From a virus (Duplodnaviria; Caudoviricetes), in IMG/VR virus record IMGVR_UViG_2974753385_000001, positions 2,185 to 66,184 of that record: 64,000 nucleotides of DNA; one strand, written 5' to 3'. How positions within the stretch are numbered: position 1 is the stretch's first letter; every line of letters starts with the position of its first letter. Of this stretch, positions 16,710-27,272 are shown one piece after another. A program made the position numbers and the translations under genes. The notes beneath the pieces are model-generated. The model was not told the DNA's origin and searched no databases. It was given only the letters and a program-made list of their open reading frames with translations.

Positions 16710-17153
16710 ATGGCGGCGCGCAAGCTGAAGACCCACGTGTTCCTGCGTGAGCCCGGCGCGCTGTCCCTGACGTCCTTCGGACCGGATGACACCCTCCCCG
16801 ACTGGGCTGTGAAGCTCACCGAGGGAAAGGATCACCTGTTCGTGGAGCAGGAGCCCGACCGCGACCCGGTCGATCTCCCGCTTCCGAAGGATCAGGACCC
16901 GCAGGCCGACCTCGACTACGCCGACACCGGCGAAGCGGTCGGCAAGGAGCCCGCGGCGAGCGAGCAGGGTGACACCCAGCTCGTCGACCGGGCCGCGGAG
17001 GACGAGGACGACGAGCCGGAGCAGCCCAAGGGCAACGCTTCTCGCGAGGCCTGGGCTCGGTTCGCCGACGAGAGCGGCGTTCCGGTCACCGACGAGATGA
17101 GCCGCGACGACATCAGGGCCGCTTGTGCCGATGCCGGAGTGCTCGACGACTAG
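16710..17153 (+). CDS. hypothetical head-associated protein
   Basis: C-term PKGNASREAWARFA...SRDDI small helical motif common after MCP genes. Confidence 0.75.
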   Translation: MAARKLKTHVFLREPGALSLTSFGPDDTLPDWAVKLTEGKDHLFVEQEPDRDPVDLPLPKDQDPQADLDYADTGEAVGKEPAASEQGDTQLVDRAAEDEDDEPEQPKGNASREAWARFADESGVPVTDEMSRDDIRAACADAGVLDD

Positions 17154-17197
17154 CTAGACAGCGAGAGGTCCGCAACAGGAAAAGGGAGGCGATCGTA

Positions 17198-17653
17198 ATG
17201 GCAGTACTGGCAACGTTTGACGACGTCCAGCGCGGATACGAGAAGCCCATCCCCCAATCTCTGAAGCCGAAGGTGGAAGAGTTCCTGCGGCGGGCCTCTC
17301 GTCGTCTGCGCCTGAAGGTGCCGAAGCTCCAGGCGACCATCGACAAGGTGCTCGCGGAGAGCTCCTACGACCCGGCCCTGCCGGAGTCGGAAACCAACGA
17401 GATCCCCGACGTCGTCGGTTACGCACGAGACATGATCGTGCAGGCGGCCGAGGTCAAGCTCCGCAACTTCGGTGGGTTCTCTTCGGAGAGCGCCGGTGTC
17501 TTCTCGGTGACCCGCGAGGACTACTGGTCCACCGGCCGAATTGACTTCTCTCCGGCCGATCTGGAGCTCCTCCAGGAGTCGATCGACGACACCTTCGGGG
17601 AGCTGCTGACCGGACCGATCCGGTCCCCGATCCCCTGCACGAGGTGGCCGTGA
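17198..17653 (+). CDS. head-to-tail adaptor
   Basis: ATG 17198 with SD GGGAGG; LRNFGGFSSESAG.FS pattern; synteny. Confidence 0.75.
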   Translation: MAVLATFDDVQRGYEKPIPQSLKPKVEEFLRRASRRLRLKVPKLQATIDKVLAESSYDPALPESETNEIPDVVGYARDMIVQAAEVKLRNFGGFSSESAGVFSVTREDYWSTGRIDFSPADLELLQESIDDTFGELLTGPIRSPIPCTRWP

Positions 17654-18051
17654 TCGGCGTCAACACCCTCGCGGGCTCGGTCGACATCGAGGTCTGGCGA
17701 GAGGCCGAACAGGACTCGTGGGGCGACAAGCCGAAGAGCAACCTGGCGAAGGCCTTCGTCCTCGAATGCGTGGCCTTGGTGCCGCGCACCACGACCATCG
17801 CGACCAACGACTCCTTCCGCGAGAGAATCGAATCCGGCTACACGATGTGGCTGTCGAGCGAGGACATCGCGCGCCTGCGGGAGACCGACGAGTTCCGCGT
17901 GACCTTCCCGACGGGCCAGGCCGTCGCGTTCGCGCTCGACGGCAGCCTCGAAGGCCTTCTCTGGGACATGAACCCCCTCTCCAGCTTCGACCTCGGGAAC
18001 GAGGTCAACCTGAAGTTCCTCCGGCGCATCGGCTCTCGATCCGATGGCTGA
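17650..18051 (+). CDS. head-to-tail stopper
   Basis: GTGA coupling; beta-rich; synteny. Confidence 0.65.
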   Translation: MIGVNTLAGSVDIEVWREAEQDSWGDKPKSNLAKAFVLECVALVPRTTTIATNDSFRERIESGYTMWLSSEDIARLRETDEFRVTFPTGQAVAFALDGSLEGLLWDMNPLSSFDLGNEVNLKFLRRIGSRSDG

Positions 18052-18388
18052 CGACAAGATGCGCGGCGGGTACCGGCAGAACACCCGCGGGTTCGGCCAG
18101 CTCCTCCGGCGCTCGAAGCCGCTGGACCGCGCGCTGCGCTACGAGGCCGTCCAGATCGCCTGGTACTTCCGCAACAAGCACCCCCGCGACGGCAAGACCC
18201 CGGCGTCGGCCGACATGGTCAAGGTGGTCAAGCGGGTGCCCGGCGGCCGCCGCAAGGACCGCATGGAGATGCGCGTGGTCGCCTACGACCAGCGCAACAT
18301 GAAGGAAGCAGTGAAGACGCTGAAGGCGGGACTGCGGCATACGTCCGGCGGCCGCAAGATCTCGGCCAGGGGGAGGATCTCGAATTGA
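18044..18388 (+). CDS. hypothetical neck/tail completion protein
   Basis: Basic 114 aa; synteny. Confidence 0.6.
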   Translation: MADDKMRGGYRQNTRGFGQLLRRSKPLDRALRYEAVQIAWYFRNKHPRDGKTPASADMVKVVKRVPGGRRKDRMEMRVVAYDQRNMKEAVKTLKAGLRHTSGGRKISARGRISN

Positions 18389-18900
18389 CTTGGACGCAGC
18401 CAGAACTGGGCGAGCTCGTCGCGGAGGCGGCGGAGCTGTACGACGGGTTCAACAGCGACTTCCCCGAAGGCGCTGTCTACCCCGACATCGAGAAGCTGCT
18501 CGCGAAGGTGCTCCGGCCACTGGTCGAGAAGGACAGCCACATCGGCAATTTCGTGGTCTCCGACTACGACCAGGACAGCATCGACGAGGACACCGGTGAG
18601 GAGGTCGAAGGACCCTTCATCGAGATCCACCGGCGGGGTGGGGAGTACGACCCCGACGACTTTAGCTACTACCCGAACGTAGAGGTACTGTTCTGGGGTA
18701 AGTCGAGGCCGGTGGCGAACGACACGGCACACAAGGGGACGATCCTTCTCCTCGGGTGCAGTGGAGCCGTCATCGACGGCGTCCAGATCGACCTGCTGGA
18801 AGACGCGACGGGAGACGAGGAAGTTCGTCAGAACAACTTCGACGATCGTTGCGTGACACGGCAGTTCCGAGTTGGATACCGACCCACCTACCCCGACTGA
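18385..18900 (+). CDS. tail terminator
   Basis: IEIHRRGG...VEVLFWG..R; immediately before major tail. Confidence 0.7.
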   Translation: MTWTQPELGELVAEAAELYDGFNSDFPEGAVYPDIEKLLAKVLRPLVEKDSHIGNFVVSDYDQDSIDEDTGEEVEGPFIEIHRRGGEYDPDDFSYYPNVEVLFWGKSRPVANDTAHKGTILLLGCSGAVIDGVQIDLLEDATGDEEVRQNNFDDRCVTRQFRVGYRPTYPD

Positions 18901-18931
18901 GCTCGGGACCTAACAGAAGGAGACAGGCAAG

Positions 18932-19612
18932 ATGCCTTCGTTCGCCGCTCTGGCAAAGCGCCAGGGAGAACTCATCCGCAAGCCCCTGGCGGGCATCATC
19001 GGCGTCGCACCTGAAGACACCGAGATCGACGCCGATTTCAAGCTCACCGTACTGACCGGCGGAGCGATCGAGCTCGCCGATCTCAGCGACTTCGACCAGC
19101 TCGGTTGGGTCTCGAAGTCCGACGGCGTGGTCTTCTCGGCCGACACCGAGACCAGCGACGTCGAGTCGTGGGGTGCCCTGGAGCCGACCCGCTCCGACAT
19201 CACCAAGGACGTGACCTCCGCGCAGTTCACCTGCCAGGAGACCAACAAGACCGTCCTGGAGATGTTCTACAACGTCGACCTCGACGGTGTCCTCGGCGAG
19301 TTCGAGACCGGCGAGATCGCGTTCAACCAGTCGATCGAGCCGACGACCACCTACCGCCGCATGATCTTCCTGTCGAAGGACGGCAGCGGGACCAAGGAGG
19401 TCTTCATCGGCAAGCTGATGCCGCGTGCATCGGTCACCGCGAAGTCCGACCAGAACTGGAACTCCGAGGACGCCCTCGTCCACGGCATGACCATCGTCGC
19501 CAAGGTCGACGACGAGCTCGGTTACGCCGTCCGGCACATGTTCGGTGGCGCGGGCTGGAAGTCGCAGCTCACCAAGATGGGCTTCACCCTGGCACCGGCC
19601 CCGACGCCGTAG
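18932..19612 (+). CDS. major tail protein
   Basis: LGWVSKSDGV.FS...DVESWG..EPTRSDI, typical actinophage MTP. Confidence 0.88.
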   Translation: MPSFAALAKRQGELIRKPLAGIIGVAPEDTEIDADFKLTVLTGGAIELADLSDFDQLGWVSKSDGVVFSADTETSDVESWGALEPTRSDITKDVTSAQFTCQETNKTVLEMFYNVDLDGVLGEFETGEIAFNQSIEPTTTYRRMIFLSKDGSGTKEVFIGKLMPRASVTAKSDQNWNSEDALVHGMTIVAKVDDELGYAVRHMFGGAGWKSQLTKMGFTLAPAPTP

Positions 19613-19617
19613 CAGAC

Positions 19618-19660
19618 CCAGTCCGGCCCACTCTTCCTCCCCGGTAGTGGGCCGGACTGG
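19618..19660 (+). terminator. 15-bp perfect-stem hairpin after major tail gene
   Basis: CCAGTCCGGCCCACT / AGTGGGCCGGACTGG; weak U-tract. Confidence 0.6.
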
Positions 19661-19699
19661 TCTCCACCGGGGAGAACCCTTCCACCAGAGGAGAATCCA

Positions 19700-20014
19700 A
19701 TGGCTTTCGAGCCCGTTCAGCTCGTCCACCCGAAGACCGGCGCAACCGTCACCGCGACGACCGCAGTCGACCTCACCACGTTCCGGTTCAACGACGGCTA
19801 CGTGCCGGTCGACTCCGCCGAGGCGCTGCTCCGCGTCGAGGGCAACGACAAGAAGTACCCGAAGCTGGCCGAAGGCCTAAAGGCCCTGAAGGCCGAGAAG
19901 GATTCGGCTCCCGATGACGTCAAGGAGGTATCCTCGACGAAGACGGGGAAGCCGTCCGGTCAGACCGTGAAGAGCGGGACCGACGCCAGCGGCAAGGACG
20001 TCGGCGTTTCCTGA
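19700..20014 (+). CDS. hypothetical protein
   Basis: SD GAGGAG; ORF track. Confidence 0.8.
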   Translation: MAFEPVQLVHPKTGATVTATTAVDLTTFRFNDGYVPVDSAEALLRVEGNDKKYPKLAEGLKALKAEKDSAPDDVKEVSSTKTGKPSGQTVKSGTDASGKDVGVS

Positions 20015-20043
20015 CCGACCACCGACCGGGGAGATAGACACAC

Positions 20044-20361
20044 ATGGCAAGCGTTTCGTTCGAGGATCTCGAAAAGCGGGCAGCGCGACGGATCAAGGGC
20101 CGCAACCGGTCCCCCTACGTGCTGAAGGTCGAGGGTGATGACGACATCGTCATCAAGTACCCCGACGCCGTCACGTCGATGGAGTACGAGGCCGCCACCG
20201 GGATCATGGAGCAGCTCCGTATCCTGTCGGGCTCGGAGTACCCGCGACTGATCGACCTCTTCCGCGGCAAGGACATCGCCGTCGTCCAGCTCTTCATCAC
20301 CGACATGTGGGAGACCTGGAACGACGACAGTCATGAGGTCCCTGGGGGAAAAGAGGCCTGA
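20044..20361 (+). CDS. tail assembly chaperone (short form)
   Basis: Position before TMP; slippery GGGGGAAAA near the 3' end. Confidence 0.85.
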   Translation: MASVSFEDLEKRAARRIKGRNRSPYVLKVEGDDDIVIKYPDAVTSMEYEAATGIMEQLRILSGSEYPRLIDLFRGKDIAVVQLFITDMWETWNDDSHEVPGGKEA

Positions 20362-20852
20362 TCCAGCTCTTCGACCAGTACGGCCGCGATCTTCTTCTTG
20401 ACTTTCGCGACTACTGGTCGGGGCTGGATGTCATCGAGTACTTCTCGGGAGAGCGTTCCTGGTTCGAGTTCTACGAGTACATGAACGCTCTCCCTCCCCA
20501 CTCGCGGTTCAAGGCCAAGCTGGCACTGGACCCCGACCTCGCCGAGCAACTGCACGCGCAGCGCAAGGCCGCGGGGGAGACCGACGAGGAGATCGAGGAC
20601 GACAACTCCGAGGGTTGGAAGCCGGAAACCCGTTCGCAAGAGGGCTTCACCCCGATCATCGCGATCATGTACTCGATGCTCGAAGCCCTCAACGAGATCT
20701 CGCGCACGACTGTCGCCGTCAACGGCGGGAAGCCTCCGCAGCAGCAGAAGCTCCCGCGGCCCTTCTCGGCACTGGAGATGCTGGAGCTCCAGGACGAGCG
20801 GGACGACATGATGGACCTCGGCGCGAGGTTTGGCATGAAGCAGCCGGACTGA
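20044..20852 (+). CDS. tail assembly chaperone, -1 frameshift form
   Basis: GGGGGAAAA at 20344-20352; the -1 frame is open to 20852 and joins track ORF 20481..20852. Confidence 0.85.
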
Positions 20853-20877
20853 GATAGGATTTCAGCAGGCCTACCGG

Positions 20878-20915
20878 AAGGGCACCAGGGAACGGAAACC
20901 CCTGGTGCCCTTTCC
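20878..20915 (+). terminator. terminator-like hairpin just upstream of tape measure start
   Basis: AAGGGCACCAGGG / CCCTGGTGCCCTT 13-bp stem then TCC; -10-like TAGGAT at 20855. Confidence 0.55.
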
Positions 20916-20939
20916 TATATCCAAGAGGAGTGAGACACC

Positions 20940-23900
20940 GTGGCGAAGACCTTCCTGGTCGGAGAAGGCGCTGTACGGCTCATTCCCAACGCCGCCGGGT
21001 TTCACCTCAAGGCTCGCGCCGAGCTGAAGAAGGAGCCGCTCAACGTCAAGGTGGACCTGAAGCCGAACATGTCGGGCTTCACCACCCAGGCGAAGGGGAT
21101 GCTGAAGAGCGTCACCACCCTGAAGGTCGGCGTCGAGTTGCGGCCGGACGCTACGGGTTTCAGCCAGAAGGCGCAGGCCAAGCTCGACGCGACCAAGAAG
21201 CTGCGGGTCAAGGCCGACATCATCGGGAAGCTCGACGCGGGGTCGATCGCTCGCGCCCATGCCGCAGCGCAGATGCAGCTCACCGCGATGGGCCCGCTGA
21301 AGATCAGCATCCATTCCGACATCGACGACGCTAGCCTGCGGCGTGCGCTGGAGATCCTGAAGGCGAGGGTCGAGGCTACGCGGATCACCGCGAACATCAA
21401 CTCGCGGAACGGACGCGATCGGGGAATGCCCGGCGGCGGGTCCGGCGGAGGCCGCGGCGGAAACGGACCCCTCGGCCGCCGACCGGTGCGCAACGCCGCC
21501 ATCGGTTCCGCGGTGGTCATGGCCCCCATCGTCACCAAGGCTGCCGTCGGTGGCCTCACCGCGCTCATCGGTGCCGCCAGCCAGGCCGCCGGTGCGCTGG
21601 GCCTTCTCCCGGCCGCCGCCACGGCCGCCGGTGCCGGTCTGGCCGCGATCGCCATCGGCGCAGCGGGGATCGGGGGCGCGTTCTCCGCGCTGTCGAAGGA
21701 GTCCAAGAGCGCCGGAGCCGACGTCGCCAGCAGCGCCAGCCAGCAGGCCGCCGCGCAGCGAGCATTGGCCGGGGCCGACCGGGGGCTCCAGACCGCGCAC
21801 CGCGGGGTGACTCGCGCTCTCGAAGATCTGAATGATGCGCGCAAGGAAGCGGTCCGCCGCCTGCGCGACATGAACGACGAGATGAAGATGGCCCCGCTCA
21901 ACGAGCGGGAGGCCGCCCTCGCGATCAAGGAGGCGCAGCGTTCGCTCCAGGAGGCCTATGCCTCCGGCGACTCGCTGGAGATCGAAGGCGCGCAGATCAA
22001 CCTGGAGAAGTCGAAGCTCCAGTACGACCAGCTCCGCAAGCAGAACGACGACCTCGCAACCGATGTCGCCGAGGCGAACCGCAAGGGTGTCGAGGGCGAC
22101 AAGGAGGTCATCTCCGCGAAGGACGGCGTCACCGACGCCTACAACTCGCTCGCCGACGCGCAGGACGCGATGGCCGCTGCGCTCGACGGACTGGCACAGG
22201 CCTCGAAGTCCGCCGCCGCGGGGGTCGACCAGCTCCAGCAGGCGATGGACAAGCTCTCGCCGAAGGCGCAGCAGTTCGTCCGGCAGGTCCACGCGCTCGG
22301 CCCGGCCTGGACCGAGACCCGAAAGTTCATCCAGGACGCGCTGTTCGATCACATGGGTGACTCGGTCACCAAGCTGGCAAACGTCCAGCTCCCGGTGCTG
22401 AAGACCGGCCTGGCGGGGATCGCGACCGAGATCAACTCCGGCGTCCGCGGGGCCCTGGCAGCGTTCTCGACCGACATGGCGGCGGCTGACTTCACGACCA
22501 CCCTGGAGAACTCGCGCCAGATGTGGGCCGGGATCGGCCAGAGCTTCGCCCCGTTCTCGGTCGCCTTCATGAACCTCGCGACCGTCGGCTCGTCTTTCAT
22601 GCCGCGTCTCGGCACGGCGATCTCCAACATGGCCTCGTCGTTCAAGGAGTTCACCGACCGCACGCGCGCCGACGGCTCGATGGAGGAGTTCTTCAACAAC
22701 TCGATCGAGATGGCGAAGCAGCTCGGTCGCATCCTGTCCAACGTCGGGCACATCCTCGGCTCGATCTTCTCCGCGGGTGCCGAGACCGGCGCAGGCTTCC
22801 TCAACACCATCGAGACCGCCACCGCGGAGCTGCGTGAGTTCCTCGCCTCGGCCGAGGGCCAGGAGGGCCTGAAGACGTTCTTCGAGGGCGTGAAGGTGGC
22901 GGTGCAGACGCTCGCCCCGATCATCCAGATCGTCGCCTCGACGCTGCTCACCGCGCTCGGCCCGGCCCTGACCGACCTCGTCATCGGCCTCGGCCCTGGC
23001 CTGGTCGCAATGTTCGAGGGCCTCTCCAGCGGGCTTCACGCGATCCAGCCGGTCATGCAGGTGGTCGGCGGAGCCATCGGCTCCATCGGATTCGAGCTCG
23101 GCAAGGTCTTCGAGGTTCTCGGCCCGGTCATCGCGCAGACTCTCACCGCGTTGGCTCCGGCGGTCGCACCGCTGGCCGAGCTGCTCGGCCACATCATCAC
23201 CGGCCTCGCGCCGATCCTGCCGCTCGTGGCGCAGTTCGTCGGACTGCTGATCTCCGCTCTCGCACCGGCACTGACGAAGATCGTCGACGCGCTCACCCCG
23301 GTGATCCAGCAGCTCGTCGACGCGCTGATGCCGATCCTGCCGCCCATCATGGACGTCCTCGGCCAGGTGGCCTCGGCGATCGCGGACGCGCTCGTGCTCG
23401 CGATCGAGAGCCTCCTGCCGTTCCTGCCGCAGCTCGTCGAGCTGTGGGGTGGCCTGATCCAGTCGCTCCTGCCGCTGGTCCCGATCCTGGTCAACCTCGC
23501 GCTGTCGGTCGTGCCGCCGCTGGTGCGCGCGCTCGAAGGCATCCTGCCGGTCGTCATGCGAGTGATCCAGATCCTCGCCGACATGATCGCGTTCGTCGTG
23601 CCGATCCTGATCCCGGTGCTGAAGCTGCTCTCGGCCGTTGTGACCGAGGTGTTCTCGTGGATCGGCTCGCTGATCGGCGCGATCTTCCGCAACGTCCTCG
23701 ACCCGATCTTCTCGGCCCTCGGCCGGGTGATCGGCTGGCTCGGCGACCTCTTCCACTGGTTGTGGGAGGAGGCGATCAAGCCCGCATGGGATGGCATCGC
23801 TGCCGCCTCGAAGTGGGCCTGGGAGAACGTGATCCAGCCCGCCTTCGAGGGGATCAAGACCGGCATCTCGAAGGTCGGCGACTTCTTCTCCGCGGTGGTC

Positions 23901-26345
23901 GATGGAATCGGCAAGGCCTGGGGCAAGCTCGGCGAGATCGCCTCGAAGCCGATCAACTGGGTCATCAACCACGTCGTCAACGGCGGCATCGGCAAGGCCT
24001 GGTCGGCGGTCGACAACTTCCTCGGCGGACACCTGCCGGACTGGAAGGACGTCCCGCAGATCGCGATGGCGACCGGTGGCGAGGTCCCGCTCACGAAGGA
24101 CGCCGAGCGGGGGAAGGACTCGGTCCGCGTTCTCGCCATGCCCGGCGAGCACATGTGGGATGTCACCAACGTCGAGCGCGCCGGTGGTCAGAAGGCCATG
24201 TACCGGATGCGCGACATGGTCGACCGCGGCCAGCCGTTCACCTGGACCCCCGCGGGGATCGCCGCGGCGAAGGGTGACGGTGCGCTGCCGCGCTACGCCA
24301 AGGGTGGCGAGATCAGCGCCGGTGATCGCCTGGCCCCGTTGCCGGGTGAGGGTGGTCTCCAGCCGATCGCGCAGCTCATGGCGCGCATCATCAAGGCCAC
24401 GTGGCCCAACACCGTGACGTCCATCGGCGGCTACCGTCCGCCGGACGGCTACAACGAGCACTCGTCGGGGCGCGCGCTCGACGTCATGGTGTCCGAGCTC
24501 GGCGGAAAGACCGGCGACGAGGTCACCGAGTTCTCGATGGCGAACCACAAGAACTACCCAGTGAACTGGACCATCTGGAAGCAGATGATGCACTACCCGC
24601 CGGATGGTCGGACCTCTCAGATGGAGGACCGCGGGTCGCCGACGCAGAACCACATGGACCACCCGCACATCTTCTACTCGGAGAACCAGAAGGGGCCGAT
24701 CAACCCCAACGTGATGCCCGACAACATCGCGTTCGGCGGGGTCACCGATGCCGCTGTGCGCAAGGGCATCACGGCCTGGGCCGAGAAGGCGTTCAACACT
24801 GCGCTCGCCCCGGTGAAGAAGCTGGTGAACAGCGACGCCTTCGCGCCGCCGCCGCAGATCAAGGCGACCCCGAAGCACATGTACGACGGGATCGTGGAGC
24901 CTGCCAAGGAGAAGCTCCTCGACAAGGTCTCCGAGCTCACCTCGATGAAGGGGTGGAAGAACATGCTCGGGGGTGCCGTCGACAAGGTGAAGTCGGCCGG
25001 TGGCAACCTGGTCGGCGGGGCCGTGAGCCTCGGCAAGAAGATCCTGTTCGACACCGGCGGTGTCGTCCGGCCGGGCACCACCGTGGTGCAGAACAACACC
25101 GGCAAGGACGAGTACATGCTCGACCCCTTCGAGACCATGCTGCTGCGCGGCCTCGTCGAGGGCCTGCGCGGGCTCGGGATCAAGCCGACCCTGCCGAGCG
25201 ACACCGGGCCGCAGACCTCGACGCCGGAGACGCAGGACGTCAACATCGCTGGCGTCGGCGGAAAGTCGACCAGCCCCGGCGAGCTGCCGGTCCCCGAGTC
25301 GAAGGACATCGAGGCACCGACGCCGGAGGAGCTCGGCGAGGGCGAGGTGCCCGACGGCGGCACCATCGAGCTCGTCCAGAACGCCGACGGCACCTGGTCG
25401 GCCAAGGACCCCGAGTGGAACAAGCTGATCCAGCGGGAGTCCGGCGGCCGCGCCGACGTGGTCCAGGGAGTCTCGGACGCCAACAGCGGCGGCAACGAGG
25501 CCTCGGGCCTCTTCCAGATCGCCAAGGGCACCTGGGCCAGCTACGGCGGCACCAAGTTTGCGCCGACCGCCGGTGAGGCGACGCCGGAGCAGCAGGCCGA
25601 GATCGCGGCGAAGATTTTCAACGCCGAGGGTGGGTCCCCGTGGGGCTCCGGCGCGGGCCAGAACCTCGGCCGCGAGGACGAGGCCGCTCTGCGCGCCGGG
25701 ATCAAGCGCGGCCCGAGCGGGGCCAAGGGCGACCCGGTCAACGTCACGTCGAAGGACTGGCCGACGACCGCCGACGACGTCAAGCCCGGCGACACCACCG
25801 GTTCGGCCTACGGCCAGAACCTCCAGGGTGCCGCGATCGGTCAGGACGGCAGCTACAAGCCGGACAACAACGTCACCGCGGCTGACAAGGGCGGGAACGC
25901 GGCTGCTGACAAGCCGATGTTCAGCAACCCATTCGAGACCACCGCGGGCAAGTTCGCGATGAAGTTCGCCGAGAACACGCCGCTGGGAATTGGTGGGCCG
26001 CAGGCGAAGAAGCTCCAGGAGAAGGCCCCGGCCGTCACCGAGCTCGCCAACGGTATCGCCAAGGCCGCCCCGGCCTGGGGTGCCGCGCTCGCCGGTGACC
26101 CGACGCAGCTCATCGCCAACGTCGGGCAGGCGACCGGACAGTGGGCCACCAAGACCGCCAGCGACTTCGCGCAGTACCTCCCCGAAGCCGCACCGGGAAT
26201 GCTGGAGAGCGCACTGTCGGCGATCGGCGGGCCTCTCATCGGTACCGTTAACACCGGAGTGAGTGAAGAGCAGCTCATGTCGACGATGGAAGACGCACAG
26301 AACCGGCAGATCCGCCGGTCGAAGACCGGCCGACGGAGGTACTGA
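20940..26345 (+). CDS. tape measure protein with C-terminal peptidase-like and Rpf-like transglycosylase domains
   Basis: 1801 aa, amphipathic repeats; HSSGRALDV and QRESGG...GLFQ...TW...GG motifs. Confidence 0.95.
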   Translation: MAKTFLVGEGAVRLIPNAAGFHLKARAELKKEPLNVKVDLKPNMSGFTTQAKGMLKSVTTLKVGVELRPDATGFSQKAQAKLDATKKLRVKADIIGKLDAGSIARAHAAAQMQLTAMGPLKISIHSDIDDASLRRALEILKARVEATRITANINSRNGRDRGMPGGGSGGGRGGNGPLGRRPVRNAAIGSAVVMAPIVTKAAVGGLTALIGAASQAAGALGLLPAAATAAGAGLAAIAIGAAGIGGAFSALSKESKSAGADVASSASQQAAAQRALAGADRGLQTAHRGVTRALEDLNDARKEAVRRLRDMNDEMKMAPLNEREAALAIKEAQRSLQEAYASGDSLEIEGAQINLEKSKLQYDQLRKQNDDLATDVAEANRKGVEGDKEVISAKDGVTDAYNSLADAQDAMAAALDGLAQASKSAAAGVDQLQQAMDKLSPKAQQFVRQVHALGPAWTETRKFIQDALFDHMGDSVTKLANVQLPVLKTGLAGIATEINSGVRGALAAFSTDMAAADFTTTLENSRQMWAGIGQSFAPFSVAFMNLATVGSSFMPRLGTAISNMASSFKEFTDRTRADGSMEEFFNNSIEMAKQLGRILSNVGHILGSIFSAGAETGAGFLNTIETATAELREFLASAEGQEGLKTFFEGVKVAVQTLAPIIQIVASTLLTALGPALTDLVIGLGPGLVAMFEGLSSGLHAIQPVMQVVGGAIGSIGFELGKVFEVLGPVIAQTLTALAPAVAPLAELLGHIITGLAPILPLVAQFVGLLISALAPALTKIVDALTPVIQQLVDALMPILPPIMDVLGQVASAIADALVLAIESLLPFLPQLVELWGGLIQSLLPLVPILVNLALSVVPPLVRALEGILPVVMRVIQILADMIAFVVPILIPVLKLLSAVVTEVFSWIGSLIGAIFRNVLDPIFSALGRVIGWLGDLFHWLWEEAIKPAWDGIAAASKWAWENVIQPAFEGIKTGISKVGDFFSAVVDGIGKAWGKLGEIASKPINWVINHVVNGGIGKAWSAVDNFLGGHLPDWKDVPQIAMATGGEVPLTKDAERGKDSVRVLAMPGEHMWDVTNVERAGGQKAMYRMRDMVDRGQPFTWTPAGIAAAKGDGALPRYAKGGEISAGDRLAPLPGEGGLQPIAQLMARIIKATWPNTVTSIGGYRPPDGYNEHSSGRALDVMVSELGGKTGDEVTEFSMANHKNYPVNWTIWKQMMHYPPDGRTSQMEDRGSPTQNHMDHPHIFYSENQKGPINPNVMPDNIAFGGVTDAAVRKGITAWAEKAFNTALAPVKKLVNSDAFAPPPQIKATPKHMYDGIVEPAKEKLLDKVSELTSMKGWKNMLGGAVDKVKSAGGNLVGGAVSLGKKILFDTGGVVRPGTTVVQNNTGKDEYMLDPFETMLLRGLVEGLRGLGIKPTLPSDTGPQTSTPETQDVNIAGVGGKSTSPGELPVPESKDIEAPTPEELGEGEVPDGGTIELVQNADGTWSAKDPEWNKLIQRESGGRADVVQGVSDANSGGNEASGLFQIAKGTWASYGGTKFAPTAGEATPEQQAEIAAKIFNAEGGSPWGSGAGQNLGREDEAALRAGIKRGPSGAKGDPVNVTSKDWPTTADDVKPGDTTGSAYGQNLQGAAIGQDGSYKPDNNVTAADKGGNAAADKPMFSNPFETTAGKFAMKFAENTPLGIGGPQAKKLQEKAPAVTELANGIAKAAPAWGAALAGDPTQLIANVGQATGQWATKTASDFAQYLPEAAPGMLESALSAIGGPLIGTVNTGVSEEQLMSTMEDAQNRQIRRSKTGRRRY

Positions 26346-26347
26346 GT

Positions 26348-27268
26348 GTGAGCGGGGGACTCAGCCACGGGGACAAGACCTGGATCATCTTTCGGGGCCC
26401 CAACGGCGGCCGGTTCTGGCTCTCGGGGATGCGCGGCCGAGGCAAGCAGGGGGTCGAGCTCTCGAACGGCCTTGTGGGACTGGACCGGCCGCCGACCGAG
26501 CTCATCTGGCTCCAGGAGGCCCGCCAGAACGGCGCGGACCTCGTGGGCTCGAACATCGACATCCGCACGGTCAAGGGTGCGGTCAACATCCTCGGCCGGA
26601 CGCCGCGCGAGGTCCGCGCCCGCTACGACGACTGGCAGCGCAACAACTTCCACGACCGGTACTCGCGGCTGTTCTTCATCAACAGCTACAGCGGGGTCCG
26701 GTTCCTCGACGTGCTCCTGGGAGAGACGCCGAACGGGTCGCTCGACAAGGACCCGGCGCTGCTGAAGCGCATCATCGACTACCCGTGGACGTGGGTGTCG
26801 CCGAACCCCTACTACAAGGGCTATACCGAGACCTTCGAGACGAAGATGCCAACCGGCAACGGCATCACCGAAGTTCGGGTGCGCAACCTCGGTAACGCAC
26901 CGCGGACGTATCCGCGCATCTACCTGCCCGGCCCCGGCACCTGGCACATCCCCCGCGGCACGCGCAACCCGAACTGGCGGGGCGAGGAGAACCTCGGCCC
27001 GCTCGTCGAGGACGACACGATCCCTCTGCCGAAGCTGAAGACCGGCGAGGGTATCTGGCTCAACCCCGACCCGCGCGTGGAGACGATCACGAAGGTGCGC
27101 AACGGGTCCAAGGAGGAGAAGAACCTCTGGGCACAGATGAACGGCCAGCGGCCGAAGCTGTGGCTCAACCCCGACTCCCAGGAGATCTGGAAGTTCCGAT
27201 GCGAGGGTGGCCTCGACCAGCAGAAGGTGAAGATGATCGTCCAGCCTCTCTACATGACGTTCTGGTGA
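26348..27268 (+). CDS. minor tail protein (distal tail, Dit-like)
   Basis: First gene after TMP. Confidence 0.8.
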   Translation: MSGGLSHGDKTWIIFRGPNGGRFWLSGMRGRGKQGVELSNGLVGLDRPPTELIWLQEARQNGADLVGSNIDIRTVKGAVNILGRTPREVRARYDDWQRNNFHDRYSRLFFINSYSGVRFLDVLLGETPNGSLDKDPALLKRIIDYPWTWVSPNPYYKGYTETFETKMPTGNGITEVRVRNLGNAPRTYPRIYLPGPGTWHIPRGTRNPNWRGEENLGPLVEDDTIPLPKLKTGEGIWLNPDPRVETITKVRNGSKEEKNLWAQMNGQRPKLWLNPDSQEIWKFRCEGGLDQQKVKMIVQPLYMTFW

Positions 27269-27272
27269 GCCG

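Noticed and set aside
20871-24878. 1335-aa minus-strand ORF
   Set aside because: Antisense shadow of the tape measure gene; long antisense frames are expected at high GC3; no RBS or protein-like composition.
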